Shown: positions 39,244-48,785, counted from the stretch's first letter. The stretch is 64,000 nt of DNA from an uncultured Anaerolineaceae bacterium (GCA_964547225.1 CAZJMV010000212.1:80465-144464); one strand, 5' to 3'. Notes: generated by a model not told the origin, from the letters alone. Made by a program: numbers and translations.

Positions 39244-39747
39244 TTACCAACCTTCAATAAATGGCAACCAATCTTCGTTATCTTTGAGATGATTATCAAA
39301 CATATATCTCGCCGAGGATGGAGGTTCTTTTGGAGTGTGAAGCAAGTTCATTTGAACTTGCTGTAATATTCGTCCACCTTTTCGGTGATTGCATGATGGA
39401 CATGCAGCAACGAGATTCTCCCAAGTATGCTGCCCTCCCAAGCGTCTCGGAATGATATGGTCTATAGTTAGATAAGCCACCTTTTTCCCGCAGTATTGAC
39501 AGGTGTAATTATCCCGACGTAAAATTTCACGCTTCGTTAGGTGAACCCTCGGTCTAGGTCTCTTAATCTGTCGAGAGAGACGGATGATAGATGGACGCGG
39601 GAATGTATTGTTGACAGCCTGTATCTCGCCGCGACCGTTTAACACCATACTAGCTTTTTCTTTGAGTATCAACCCAATTGCTCGCCGTGTGGTGCATACA
39701 TTGATCGGCTCAAAATTGGCATTTAGTACCAAAACTGGCTCATACAT
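39244..39747 (-). CDS. HNH endonuclease
   Basis: 'CQYCGKK...LTIDHIIPRRLGGQHTWENLVAACPSCNHRK' (Cys4 zinc site plus the H-N-H core). Confidence 0.85.
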   Translation of the reverse strand: MYEPVLVLNANFEPINVCTTRRAIGLILKEKASMVLNGRGEIQAVNNTFPRPSIIRLSRQIKRPRPRVHLTKREILRRDNYTCQYCGKKVAYLTIDHIIPRRLGGQHTWENLVAACPSCNHRKGGRILQQVQMNLLHTPKEPPSSARYMFDNHLKDNEDWLPFIEGW

Positions 39748-39879
39748 ATCCTCATCTCACAAACATGTGCAATTATAGCATAACCTCAGAAAAATCCAAC
39801 ACGATAATTTCATGTCACTCAACGACAAACGATCAAACCCTTATCCTATTTGTCCAAAAATCTTGTATAATCAAACCTA

Positions 39880-40386
39880 ATGAATACCAAACAAAGATAT
39901 TACCCCGAATTGATCTCTCGCAAAGGAGAACTGATTGCGTGGTCTTCTTTCCTAATGGCGAGTATCACCTGGTTGATTTTATCGTTGTATGGAGCACCAA
40001 TCCATACCGGACTACGCTTCCTTTCGTACTTCCTTTTAGGTTCAAGCTTGATGATCAGTTTCGGAAATTGGATGGATCGAAAAACCATTTTACAGATAGA
40101 TGATGAGGGTATATCTTTTCAGAATGGATTAAGAAAAGTTCGCTTAGAATGGAACGCTATCCAACAGATCGACATTTTTTCATCACGGTGGGGTAAAAAG
40201 GTCTGTGTAAGCGGAACTGAACTAAGATTCAATTTTCGGACTTTCGGTGAAGTAAATTTACATGGTAAGGAAAAAGGTCGCATGGGTTTTGAAAAAGGCG
40301 AAGAAATAATAAAAATCATTATTGAGAGAACTGGCTTAGAGGGAATAGGACAAGCTGGGAGCAATGAAACTTATAAACATCCATAA
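39880..40386 (+). CDS. hypothetical membrane protein with PH-like C-terminal domain
   Basis: Two TM helices followed by a short beta-rich module 'ILQIDDEGISFQNGLRKVRLEWNAIQQIDIF'. The competing ORF 39765-40103 has no features. Confidence 0.5.
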   Translation: MNTKQRYYPELISRKGELIAWSSFLMASITWLILSLYGAPIHTGLRFLSYFLLGSSLMISFGNWMDRKTILQIDDEGISFQNGLRKVRLEWNAIQQIDIFSSRWGKKVCVSGTELRFNFRTFGEVNLHGKEKGRMGFEKGEEIIKIIIERTGLEGIGQAGSNETYKHP

Positions 40387-40479
40387 TCTACAATACATCT
40401 GAAGCACTAAATATCTTTAACAAAAAACTAGAGTCACCGAAAGGATAAAAAGATTTTTCAAAGAAACAGGAGTCAGTTT

Positions 40480-41709
40480 ATGACAAATCACAATATGAAC
40501 ATTGATGAACAAGTACAATACCTTATGCAAGGAACAGAATATGGTGACGATGATCTTAAGAACGCCATGGCAGAAGAATTACACCAACGGCTAAAGGAGG
40601 CAAAAGAAGAAAATCGTCCACTTAGAATATATTGCGGCTTTGATCCTCGCACAAGTGACTTGCATTTAGGTCATACTGTTCCCATGCGAAAGCTGCGCCA
40701 ATTTCAAGAGCTAGGACATGAAGTAACCTTTCTTGTCGGAAACTACACTTCATTAATTGGCGATCCATCCGATAAAGACAAGCTACGCCCTCAGCTAACA
40801 CCTGAAGAAGTAGAAATCAATGCCCAAACCTACGCACAACAAGCTTTCAAAGTACTTGATCCTGATAAAACATTAATTAAATACAACGCAGAATGGTTAT
40901 CAAAATTAGACTTTGCCGATTTGATCAAACTAGCCTCCAATTTCACCATTCAACAATTCCTCACACGAGAGAATTTCAGAATACGTTGGGATAATAACGA
41001 CGCGATATACTTGCATGAAACTTTTTATGCCATCATGCAAGGCTATGATGCTTACGCCATGCACACCGATGTACAGGTCGGTGGAACTGATCAGCTTTTC
41101 AATATCGTTACAGCTGCGCGCAAATTGATGACCTTTATGGGTGAAAAACCAAATATCGGAATAATCTTAGGCATCCTACCAGGCACGGATGGCGAAGTAA
41201 AAATGAGCAAATCTCTTGGAAATCATATCCCACTATTATCAAACCCCGAAGATATGTATGGGAAAGTGATGAGTATCCCTGATAATGCGATGGGACAATA
41301 TTTTCGTCTATTAACTCGCTGGACACCTCCGGAAATCTCAGCATTCGAAAAAGCGATATCAGATGGAGAAATTCATCCACGCGACGCGAAAATGAAACTA
41401 GCTCATGAGATTGTAGCCATATACTATTCTCCAGAGCAGGCAAATCAAGCTCAAGCAGACTTCATCCGCGTCTTTCAGCAAAAAGACATTCCCTCTGATA
41501 TGCCTGAATACAAACTCCATGCTGAGCACACTCTTCTAGATATTCTTGTCAAAACCGAGATGGTGAAGAGCAAAAGTGAGGGCAGGCGTATGATTTCTCA
41601 GAATGCAGTTCGGTTTAATGGGCAAACGCTGAATGATCCCAATCAATTCATTTCAGAAGCAGGTGTTTTGCAACTCGGTAAGAGACACTTTATTCAACTT
41701 ATCAGATGA
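40480..41709 (+). CDS. tyrS: tyrosine--tRNA ligase
   Basis: HIGH motif 'DLHLGH', 'KMSKS', tyrosine-pocket 'GGTDQ', C-terminal S4-like 'SKSEGRRMISQNAVRFNG'. Confidence 0.95.
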   Translation: MTNHNMNIDEQVQYLMQGTEYGDDDLKNAMAEELHQRLKEAKEENRPLRIYCGFDPRTSDLHLGHTVPMRKLRQFQELGHEVTFLVGNYTSLIGDPSDKDKLRPQLTPEEVEINAQTYAQQAFKVLDPDKTLIKYNAEWLSKLDFADLIKLASNFTIQQFLTRENFRIRWDNNDAIYLHETFYAIMQGYDAYAMHTDVQVGGTDQLFNIVTAARKLMTFMGEKPNIGIILGILPGTDGEVKMSKSLGNHIPLLSNPEDMYGKVMSIPDNAMGQYFRLLTRWTPPEISAFEKAISDGEIHPRDAKMKLAHEIVAIYYSPEQANQAQADFIRVFQQKDIPSDMPEYKLHAEHTLLDILVKTEMVKSKSEGRRMISQNAVRFNGQTLNDPNQFISEAGVLQLGKRHFIQLIR

Positions 41710-41731
41710 ATCCGATGAAAAGGATTATGTA

Positions 41732-41761
41732 GCAGTCCAATAGTTATTGGACTGCCTTTTT
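41732..41761 (+). terminator. rho-independent terminator after tyrS
   Basis: Stem gcagtccaata / tattggactgc (41732-41742 and 41745-41755) followed by cttttt. Confidence 0.65.
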
Positions 41762-41767
41762 CATTTA

Positions 41768-44218
41768 TTATTTTTGATCAAAGCTCTCTAACAAAATATT
41801 CTTCCCTATTTCTTTAGCTAAAGCCAAGTTCCTTTCTTCTAATAATAACGCAATGGAAATTGGAGGCTTTCCTGCAATTGCCTGGATGCCTCCCCAAAAC
41901 CAGGTTATATAAGCTTGGTTCTGCGTTTCAACCGAGAACGCTAGATGCCAAATTTCTTTGTGATCAATATCAACTTGTTCTTGTCTAAATTCAACAATAT
42001 CAGTAGAAAAGACTAAATAAGGTTCACTCAAAGAATCTAAGGGAACCCAACCCGCTTTTTGTGTATTCACAGCGGAGACAATCTGTGGAGCTGGTTCCTC
42101 GCCCGCGTTGCTGATCGCAGACGCGATTAAAGCAGCTTCAAACAGGTTCAGATATTTACCATCCCCTTGATCACCTCTCGCTTCCGCACCTACTAGACGG
42201 ATGCTACTACTTGAAATCAGATTCCTTTCCGGAAGTAAAAAGTTTGAAAGTCGATCTTCAACTTCCCCAATGGGGTAATATCCAAAAAAAGCACGATTCA
42301 ATAACGGCGAGCTCTCATCGCTTGTGTATATTTCCCATTTTTCATTAAGTTGGTTGGCATCAAAACCAGGATAGGATGCCATCGAATATATTTCACCTGT
42401 GGAATTATCAATCATCACAATCGCGGCTGTCCTATTTTTTAATTTCTGATCAATCCTTTGTTGAATATCCAAATCGATGGTCAAACGAATATCAATACCA
42501 GGTGGCGGTTGACCATATAATAATTGATTCCACCATACCAAGGAGTTAGGATTACCACGTAGCCCTCGCAGATAATCATCCATGGATGCTTCCAAACCTG
42601 CTTGACCAAAAACAGGGCTTGTATAGCCTACGACGTTACTGAGTGAGGGGTACAAATATTCACGAGTATAATTCCCCGATTCTCCAAAGGAACTATTGAT
42701 CGGTTCAAGATCACGATCAAAGATCGTCCCACGATGAACATAACGATCTGAGATTGACCTACGAGCATTATCCGTACGACTAAGTAAATTTGACCCACGT
42801 ATGATCACCCACCAACCAGTAACCAAGCTCAAGGAAACAAATCCTGCCAAAAGCACTTTTCCCGTTTGCAGATACGGCTCATGGTTAAATTTTTGTCGAT
42901 ACTCATCTTCCGTCGAGGCGCTGATATGGATCAACAACAGGATCGCCAATGCAGATACAAGCAGGGAAGACCCCCCATATGAGATAAACGGTAGTGTTAC
43001 CCCCGTCAGTGGAAATAAGCGTACACTTCCACCAATGATCAGTATACTTTGTCCAGATAGATAAATGGTTAAACCAATCGCTAAAAATCTTTGATAAGCA
43101 TTGCGTGCATTCAAGGCAATTTTCAAAGCGCGTATCGCAAGAATTGCGATCACCAAAATGATTGCGATGATCCCCAAAAAACCGTATTCTTCTCCCAGAG
43201 CGGCAAAGATCAAGTCTGAATGTGCAATGGGGACTAGACCTGGATTACCGATCCCCAGCCCACGTCCAATTAATCCTCCATTCGCAATCGCTATCAGAGA
43301 TTGCACAATCTGATAGCTTCGCCCACTTGAATCACTCCATGGAAACAGCCATGAATCAACTCGAATTTGGACAATATCAAAAAGTAAATAACCAAGCGCG
43401 GCTGAAATTGCTAGCACTGCTAGCCCCCCGATAAGGATTTTCTTATCCCCTACCATGAGATAGATCAATGCTGTATAAATCAAGAGAAGGATACTCGCGG
43501 TTCCAAGATCTCTTTGAACTAACAATAGAATAAGCGCCATCCCAGTCATTAAGAAGGTAGGCGACAATAAGGCAAGCATTAATCGTGATTTGGATAATAA
43601 TCGTGTCTGGTTTTGGGATTGTGAGAGCGTTAGGTCTAGACGTTTATCCGCCATATAGGATGCCATATAGGCGATTAATAAAAGTTTCAAAGGCTCTGAT
43701 GGTTGCAGGTAGATGCCGCAACAACCCAACCACATTTTTGAGCCATAACCGAGTGGATTTGTCCCAAACACTAACGTCAAGGCGGTCAATAAAAGGCTAG
43801 CTGTTAACCAAAGATATTTATATTGGCGTAATATCTTCAAAACCTTAGGGTAATTCAACCCCAATACGAGGATAAAAACGGTAATCAAGATCCAAACACT
43901 TTGCCGTAGCCCGAAATCCGGTAATAATCGCCAAATGGTAAGCATTCCTATCCCACTCAATAACGCAAATATCGGTAATAGAAATGGGTCATAGTGGATA
44001 AGCTTACGTTTCATGGATAAATGGGTAATTCCAAAACTCAACACCCAAAATAAAACTCCAATCCAATGATCCCATCGGTAAATCACCTGCCATGAACGTG
44101 CGCGCACAGCAGGGGAAAGCGTCAAGACAAGTGCATCGAGCAATATGATCAACGTTGCAAGTCTTAATAAGATCACTTGTCTCCGATCTTGTGAGTTCTG
44201 AGAATGATTATTCAGCAA
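41768..44218 (-). CDS. SEDS family (FtsW/RodA) peptidoglycan polymerase fused to a degenerate PBP-like domain
   Basis: SEDS motifs 'LQPSEPLKL', 'HSDLIFAALGEEYGFLG' and 'PLTGVTLPFISYGGSS'. The C-terminal roughly 340 aa resemble a PBP2 dimerisation/transpeptidase N-lobe ('GQAGLEASMDDYLRG', 'IVMIDNSTGEIYSMASYPGFD', 'LNRAFFGYYPIGEVED') but have no SxxK. TTG start. Confidence 0.85.
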   Translation of the reverse strand: MLNNHSQNSQDRRQVILLRLATLIILLDALVLTLSPAVRARSWQVIYRWDHWIGVLFWVLSFGITHLSMKRKLIHYDPFLLPIFALLSGIGMLTIWRLLPDFGLRQSVWILITVFILVLGLNYPKVLKILRQYKYLWLTASLLLTALTLVFGTNPLGYGSKMWLGCCGIYLQPSEPLKLLLIAYMASYMADKRLDLTLSQSQNQTRLLSKSRLMLALLSPTFLMTGMALILLLVQRDLGTASILLLIYTALIYLMVGDKKILIGGLAVLAISAALGYLLFDIVQIRVDSWLFPWSDSSGRSYQIVQSLIAIANGGLIGRGLGIGNPGLVPIAHSDLIFAALGEEYGFLGIIAIILVIAILAIRALKIALNARNAYQRFLAIGLTIYLSGQSILIIGGSVRLFPLTGVTLPFISYGGSSLLVSALAILLLIHISASTEDEYRQKFNHEPYLQTGKVLLAGFVSLSLVTGWWVIIRGSNLLSRTDNARRSISDRYVHRGTIFDRDLEPINSSFGESGNYTREYLYPSLSNVVGYTSPVFGQAGLEASMDDYLRGLRGNPNSLVWWNQLLYGQPPPGIDIRLTIDLDIQQRIDQKLKNRTAAIVMIDNSTGEIYSMASYPGFDANQLNEKWEIYTSDESSPLLNRAFFGYYPIGEVEDRLSNFLLPERNLISSSSIRLVGAEARGDQGDGKYLNLFEAALIASAISNAGEEPAPQIVSAVNTQKAGWVPLDSLSEPYLVFSTDIVEFRQEQVDIDHKEIWHLAFSVETQNQAYITWFWGGIQAIAGKPPISIALLLEERNLALAKEIGKNILLESFDQK

Positions 44219-44270
44219 ATCACACCCTCATCAAAACATTCTATCGTAATCAATCTTTGAGGTAAAAGGA

Positions 44271-45134
44271 TCACATATATTTTCCAATCAATAACTCTAA
44301 CCGATTCTCAACTTCTTTGGGTATTCTATTCTTATCCGTGATTAAAGCATTGGCTAATGCGCTGCGACAGTTACAATTTTCTTGAACCGGTAATAATTTT
44401 GTTAAATTATGAATGGCTTCTTGAGCAGCGCGTGTATTTTTATTCAAAATCTCAATAACCATATCTACGGTGACTGGTTCAGCGCTGATATGCCATACAT
44501 CAAAATCGGTCACATGCGCCATAATGGCGTAGCACATCTCTGCCTCCCTGGCTAAAAAGGCTTCTGGCGAAGCAGTCATACCAATCAAAGACATCCCCCA
44601 GGAACGAAATACATTCGACTCAGCTCGAGTTGAAAAACGTGGACCTTCGATGGTGATAAAGGATCCACATTTATGGGTTGTTGTTCCAGTCATTTTCACT
44701 GCCTGATAAGTGAGTTCAGAAAGTTGAGGACAAAAAGGATCCGCCACATCGATATGCGCGACAATCCCCTCACCGAAAAAAGTGCGTTTGCGATCACGCG
44801 TAAAATCAAAAAGCTGATCAGGGATTACAATTTCTCCCGGGGCGTAATCTTCTCTCAACGATCCGCATGCGCTGATACTAACGACCCATTTAACCCCCAG
44901 CATTTTTAGAGCATATATATTCGCCCTATAATTGACCTCACTAGGCAAGATATGATGTCCAATTCCATGCCTCGAAAGGAAAGCCACTTTCAGCCCATTA
45001 ATTACCCCAATTATTATCGGAGCGCTGGGTTTACCATAAGGAGTGATCAGTTCAATCTCTTGAATATTTTCCAGCCCAGAAATCGAATACAGCCCTGAAC
45101 CACCAATGATCGCTAAAGTCGCATTTTCTTCCAT
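44271..45134 (-). CDS. mtnP: S-methyl-5'-thioadenosine phosphorylase
   Basis: 'IIGGSGLY', 'FLSRHGIGH', 'NIYALKMLGV' and 'MTASPEAFLAREAEMCYA', typical of MTAP/PNP family 2. Confidence 0.9.
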   Translation of the reverse strand: MEENATLAIIGGSGLYSISGLENIQEIELITPYGKPSAPIIIGVINGLKVAFLSRHGIGHHILPSEVNYRANIYALKMLGVKWVVSISACGSLREDYAPGEIVIPDQLFDFTRDRKRTFFGEGIVAHIDVADPFCPQLSELTYQAVKMTGTTTHKCGSFITIEGPRFSTRAESNVFRSWGMSLIGMTASPEAFLAREAEMCYAIMAHVTDFDVWHISAEPVTVDMVIEILNKNTRAAQEAIHNLTKLLPVQENCNCRSALANALITDKNRIPKEVENRLELLIGKYM

Positions 45135-45223
45135 AATTGATTATCCTCGATTCTATAATTTAATCCAGCACAGAGATTTTTCCCTTATACAGGATGATAA
45201 CAGACATCTAAACAAGACTGAAC

Positions 45224-45637
45224 TTATTCATCAAAGCTAACTTCAAATTCTTGTGTGGCACATCTAATCATGTCACCAGCGGTAATTACGATCGGATTTA
45301 CAACTTGTTTTTCATTTAAAAAGGTACCATTTCTAGATTTCAGATCTTCCACCCACCACTGACCATGATGATAGGAAAGTCTTGTATGACGGGCTGAGAC
45401 GGCTTTGTCTTGTATCGGTAATTCATTTGCTTGATCTCTGCCAATGATAACTTCTGGAGAAGAGAATTTAAATTGCTGAACGCCATTATCTAAATAAACC
45501 GTTGGTACGCTCTTCATGACAGTTGATTTGCTGCTCACTTTCAGATCGTTCCAAAGCACCCAGATCGACCAACCAACAAAACCGTAGATAGCAAGCGTTA
45601 GAATAATTCGAATGTTTAGAACGACCAATCCACTCAT
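45224..45637 (-). CDS. FHA domain protein with N-terminal TM anchor (FhaB/FipA-like)
   Basis: TM 'LTLAIYGFVGWSIWVLW', FHA core 'IIGRDQAN...VSARHTRL...DLKSRNGTFLN'. Confidence 0.8.
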   Translation of the reverse strand: MSGLVVLNIRIILTLAIYGFVGWSIWVLWNDLKVSSKSTVMKSVPTVYLDNGVQQFKFSSPEVIIGRDQANELPIQDKAVSARHTRLSYHHGQWWVEDLKSRNGTFLNEKQVVNPIVITAGDMIRCATQEFEVSFDE

Positions 45638-45652
45638 TTTCAGTTCCTCACT

Positions 45653-46426
45653 TTATCCAAGAGCACTCAGCTCTTGCGTCTCTCCTCGTTCATCATCCTG
45701 TCCATAAACCAATGGGAAACCTGACAGCGAAATCACATCACCAGCCATAAGCATATGCTGTTTAATCGGTTGGCTGTTGACAAATGTACCACCTGTAGAA
45801 TCTAAATCGAAAATAACAAAACGACTATTGACTACTCTCAATTGCGCATGTAGCCGAGAAACACGCTGATCATTTAGAACAAGATGATTATCTGGACGGC
45901 GTCCAATATTGATGATCTCTTGATCTAGAGGAAAAATGTTCGTTCCATTGACGATCAAAAAAGCATTCTTTGGGAGAGTTAAAGCACGCTCCTCTGGTTG
46001 AATTTGCGCATTCATAGTCTGAGAAATATCCTCGTGGCTATAGGACGCTAAAACCTTTAGCGCTCCTGGTTCTAAAACAAGATCGGGCACAATTCTTAGA
46101 ATTGGAGTTGAATGGAAAATCAATCCCGCTTCTTCCGCGATTTCGTGGATCGTTGAAATAAAAGCATTTTGGAATTCGAAGTTTTCCTCAAAATTTTGGG
46201 TGTGTAATTCGGGTACCAATAGAACGAAAAGATTAGGAGCAATCAGCGAACCCTCTTCAGTCGTCTCAATCCCTTGACTCAAGGCATCCCACAAATCTTC
46301 TGGAAGAAGAGTGTATTGTTTTTCTCCCGAGAAGAGATGAAAAGAACCACCCTCAATTACTTTTTTCAAGCGATCTTCGATCTTCCTGAAATCGCTTTTA
46401 AGATCAAATTTTGATTTGGAATCCAT
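45653..46426 (-). CDS. FhaA-like protein (DUF3662-type N-domain plus FHA domain)
   Basis: C-terminal FHA 'INIGRRPDNHLVLNDQRVSRLHAQL...DLDSTGGTFVN'. The N-terminal domain layout matches actinobacterial FhaA. Confidence 0.75.
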   Translation of the reverse strand: MDSKSKFDLKSDFRKIEDRLKKVIEGGSFHLFSGEKQYTLLPEDLWDALSQGIETTEEGSLIAPNLFVLLVPELHTQNFEENFEFQNAFISTIHEIAEEAGLIFHSTPILRIVPDLVLEPGALKVLASYSHEDISQTMNAQIQPEERALTLPKNAFLIVNGTNIFPLDQEIINIGRRPDNHLVLNDQRVSRLHAQLRVVNSRFVIFDLDSTGGTFVNSQPIKQHMLMAGDVISLSGFPLVYGQDDERGETQELSALG

Positions 46427-46496
46427 AGACCTATTATATGCCTAAGGATAAATCTTTTGCAAGTTCCTGGAAAAGGATTCCGTCAGCGTGTCAGGG

Positions 46497-46525
46497 TTGC
46501 CAAAAAAGCATTGATAGATTAAAAT
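46497..46525 (+). promoter_or_regulatory. sigma-70 type promoter for tRNA-Gly
   Basis: TTGCCA (46497-46502), a 17-nt spacer, then TAAAAT (46520-46525), about 12 nt before the tRNA 5' end. Confidence 0.5.
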
Positions 46526-46537
46526 AACTCCACGTTA

Positions 46538-46609
46538 GCGGGTGTCGCCAAGTGGTAAGGCAGTAGCTTCCCAAGCTACTATTCGTGGGTTCGAGTCCCA
46601 TCACCCGCT
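46538..46609 (+). tRNA. tRNA-Gly (anticodon CCC)
   Basis: Cloverleaf folded by hand: acceptor GCGGGTG/CACCCGC, anticodon stem GTAGC/GCTAC with loop TTCCCAA, T-arm GTGGG-TTCGAGT-CCCAT. No encoded CCA. Confidence 0.9.
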
Positions 46610-47090
46610 CTTTATTTTTAAACTGCTAGAAATTTTTGCGGCTTTTTTTCTCCCTAAACATCAAATGTATATCAATTATTACTAATTTTGAGAATTATTA
46701 ATAACAAATATTTCTCAACTGCTTCCTAAGCTATATCGATTATGCCGCACAAGTCTATTCACCTATATCACAATTATCAATGGAAGAATAGAATTGTAGT
46801 TCCAGTGTACATTGACAGCCTAATATCAGCGATAATCTAGTAAGAATGCTAAACGATTAAGGATTTCCCTTTTCAGGTTATTCTTTATCCAATTCTTTTG
46901 TTTTTCGTTATCTAACTCTCCAAGTCCATGAAGAATATTCTGATCTGTCAAATTTTTTTCTGTGAAGATGATTAAATCTTGCAGGTATTGTCGATAATCC
47001 TTTCCGGAGCCAATTTCTACTGTAACTCTATCTGGCAGAATTCCTTCTTTTAAATCGAAGATTCAACGATAACTTGCAAAGTTTAAGAAA

Positions 47091-48071
47091 TCATTTTGTT
47101 ATAATATTCTTTATCAATCCACAACTCATTAACACATCCCATCCCCTTTCTAGAAAATCATCCAAATCCACCTCTCCATGCTTATATTTTTCATGCCAAT
47201 CATCCGGAACTGGCAGCCATTCATAGAGTTTTTTCCGCCAGGCTTCCAGCAGTAATAGCTGTGTGCCCATGAATTCAGCCGCGCTAATGACATGATTCCC
47301 AGTTTGATCTTCGATTTTCTTCTGCCAGGCTAATCCTACTCCGCTTCGTAACAGATGATGATCGATGATGAGTGTCTCAACATTGCGAGAGAGTTCAATT
47401 GCATTTTTTCTGGCGAATTCATCCTGCTCAACAGTTAGTCTAGATAAATAAATTGGAGGACCAGAACTTAAAACAATCGTAGGCTTCCAATCCAAAATGA
47501 TTTCAATCGCCTCACGATGCAGAAATTGAATATCTGATGCGTGTACAAAGACCTCTCCAGCCTCTTCAATACGCACCATCATAACCGAGACTGAGTCTAT
47601 CTCTCTTAATCCATGAGCAACCGGAGCAGAAAAACGCATCCCTCCACAGGTTTGATCTTCCATTGCTGGGATTTGCCGCATGATTGTATTCTCAATCGCT
47701 TGTCGCCTGCTATATTGGATATTCGCATTGGGTTGAACGCCTTTAGCCCAAATTTTTGCGTTCGAGAGCTGCTTGGCAACCATATCTAAACTCAATTGAT
47801 AGGGATTCGCATCTGCTAAAGGAACGTGATCGCCATCATAATGACTGAATACCACATCCGTAACTGTTTCTAACTCTTTGATGATCGCGCTTCTGATTTT
47901 CGCACCCACCGCGACTTGAAATGGATGTGGCATTAATCCATATCGCCTCCAACCCAAAGCGATCCCAGGGTCTATAATGATCTTTCGATCTTCCATCTCT
48001 ACCGCACAGCAAAGACCCCGCACGCCCAAAGACTCCGTACCCAAAACCTTTATCCGCATTACACTACCCAT
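47091..48071 (-). CDS. MBL-fold hydrolase-like protein resembling the archaeal UPF0282 family
   Basis: 'GTESLGVRGLCC', 'IIIDPGIALGWRRYGLMPHP' and 'VVFSHYDGDHVP' recall, from memory, the conserved N-terminus of archaeal UPF0282 proteins of about 300 aa. Not verified by search. Confidence 0.55.
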   Translation of the reverse strand: MGSVMRIKVLGTESLGVRGLCCAVEMEDRKIIIDPGIALGWRRYGLMPHPFQVAVGAKIRSAIIKELETVTDVVFSHYDGDHVPLADANPYQLSLDMVAKQLSNAKIWAKGVQPNANIQYSRRQAIENTIMRQIPAMEDQTCGGMRFSAPVAHGLREIDSVSVMMVRIEEAGEVFVHASDIQFLHREAIEIILDWKPTIVLSSGPPIYLSRLTVEQDEFARKNAIELSRNVETLIIDHHLLRSGVGLAWQKKIEDQTGNHVISAAEFMGTQLLLLEAWRKKLYEWLPVPDDWHEKYKHGEVDLDDFLERGWDVLMSCGLIKNIITK

Positions 48072-48080
48072 TCACATTGT

Positions 48081-48728
48081 TTATACTTCAATCACCCGAC
48101 CGGCGCCACCTTCCATATACACATCTGGATAAAATCGTTTGATCTCGTCTTTATAACGGGTGCAGTGCGTCGCGCAAATCAGGCTTAAACCCTGCAAAGC
48201 TTCTGGACGCGTCCCGTGCAGTCCACCCACAATCCCATAAACCTCGCCAAATAAGGATGCCTTCGCACGGATATTCTCCATGCTGGGATGAGAGCAACCC
48301 AGCATGATGATCAAACCCAGCGTGGTTTCCACGACCATGCTCTGTTCAATCCCTTCCAGTTCTCCTGTGGAATAAACACCCTTTCGCAACTGGGTCGCAT
48401 TACTGATCACAATGACTTCATCTGCACGAGGAACTGCTTTCATTGAAGGGGGAAGCCATACCTTAACAGCGTGATTGTGCCTTAGAAAAGTATTTAAACC
48501 TCCAACATGATCGAGGTGCGCGTGCGAAATGAAAACTGCATTGATCGATCTCGGATCAAAATCCAGGACGTTCATATTATGCAAAAGGTTTTCTCCATCC
48601 GCGCCAGTATCAAAAAGGATTCTGTAATTCTGATCGATTTCAAGAATTGCAGAGAAACCCCAATCAGCACGCAGATTATATTTTGCTGGTTTCATATTGT
48701 CATAAATAATTGTAATTTTGATAGACAT
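48081..48728 (-). CDS. MBL-fold metallo-hydrolase
   Basis: 'VFISHAHLDHVGG' (HxHxDH), later 'GCSHP' and 'THCT' ligand regions. About 215 aa. Confidence 0.8.
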   Translation of the reverse strand: MSIKITIIYDNMKPAKYNLRADWGFSAILEIDQNYRILFDTGADGENLLHNMNVLDFDPRSINAVFISHAHLDHVGGLNTFLRHNHAVKVWLPPSMKAVPRADEVIVISNATQLRKGVYSTGELEGIEQSMVVETTLGLIIMLGCSHPSMENIRAKASLFGEVYGIVGGLHGTRPEALQGLSLICATHCTRYKDEIKRFYPDVYMEGGAGRVIEV

Positions 48729-48785
48729 TTTGTTTTACTCCTATCACCCAAACCAAAATTGCATGAAAGGTATTTTTCCCAAATC

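Noticed and set aside
39765-40103. 112-aa ORF overlapping the start of the 39880-40386 gene.
   Set aside because: It is in a different frame from the better-supported TM plus PH-like ORF. Its product is featureless and it has no SD.
40387-40479. Possible T-box leader upstream of tyrS.
   Set aside because: Only about 93 nt are available. I could find no specifier-loop or T-box (AANNNGGGTGGNACC-like) sequence and no terminator/antiterminator pair.
46826-47062. A 78-codon open frame on the minus strand in the AT-rich spacer ('IFDLKEGILPDRVTVEIGSGKDYRQYLQDL...').
   Set aside because: There is no ATG or GTG start, the only TTG would give about 40 aa, there is no SD, and I recognise no family. 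It could be a gene remnant, but I cannot support that from the sequence alone.
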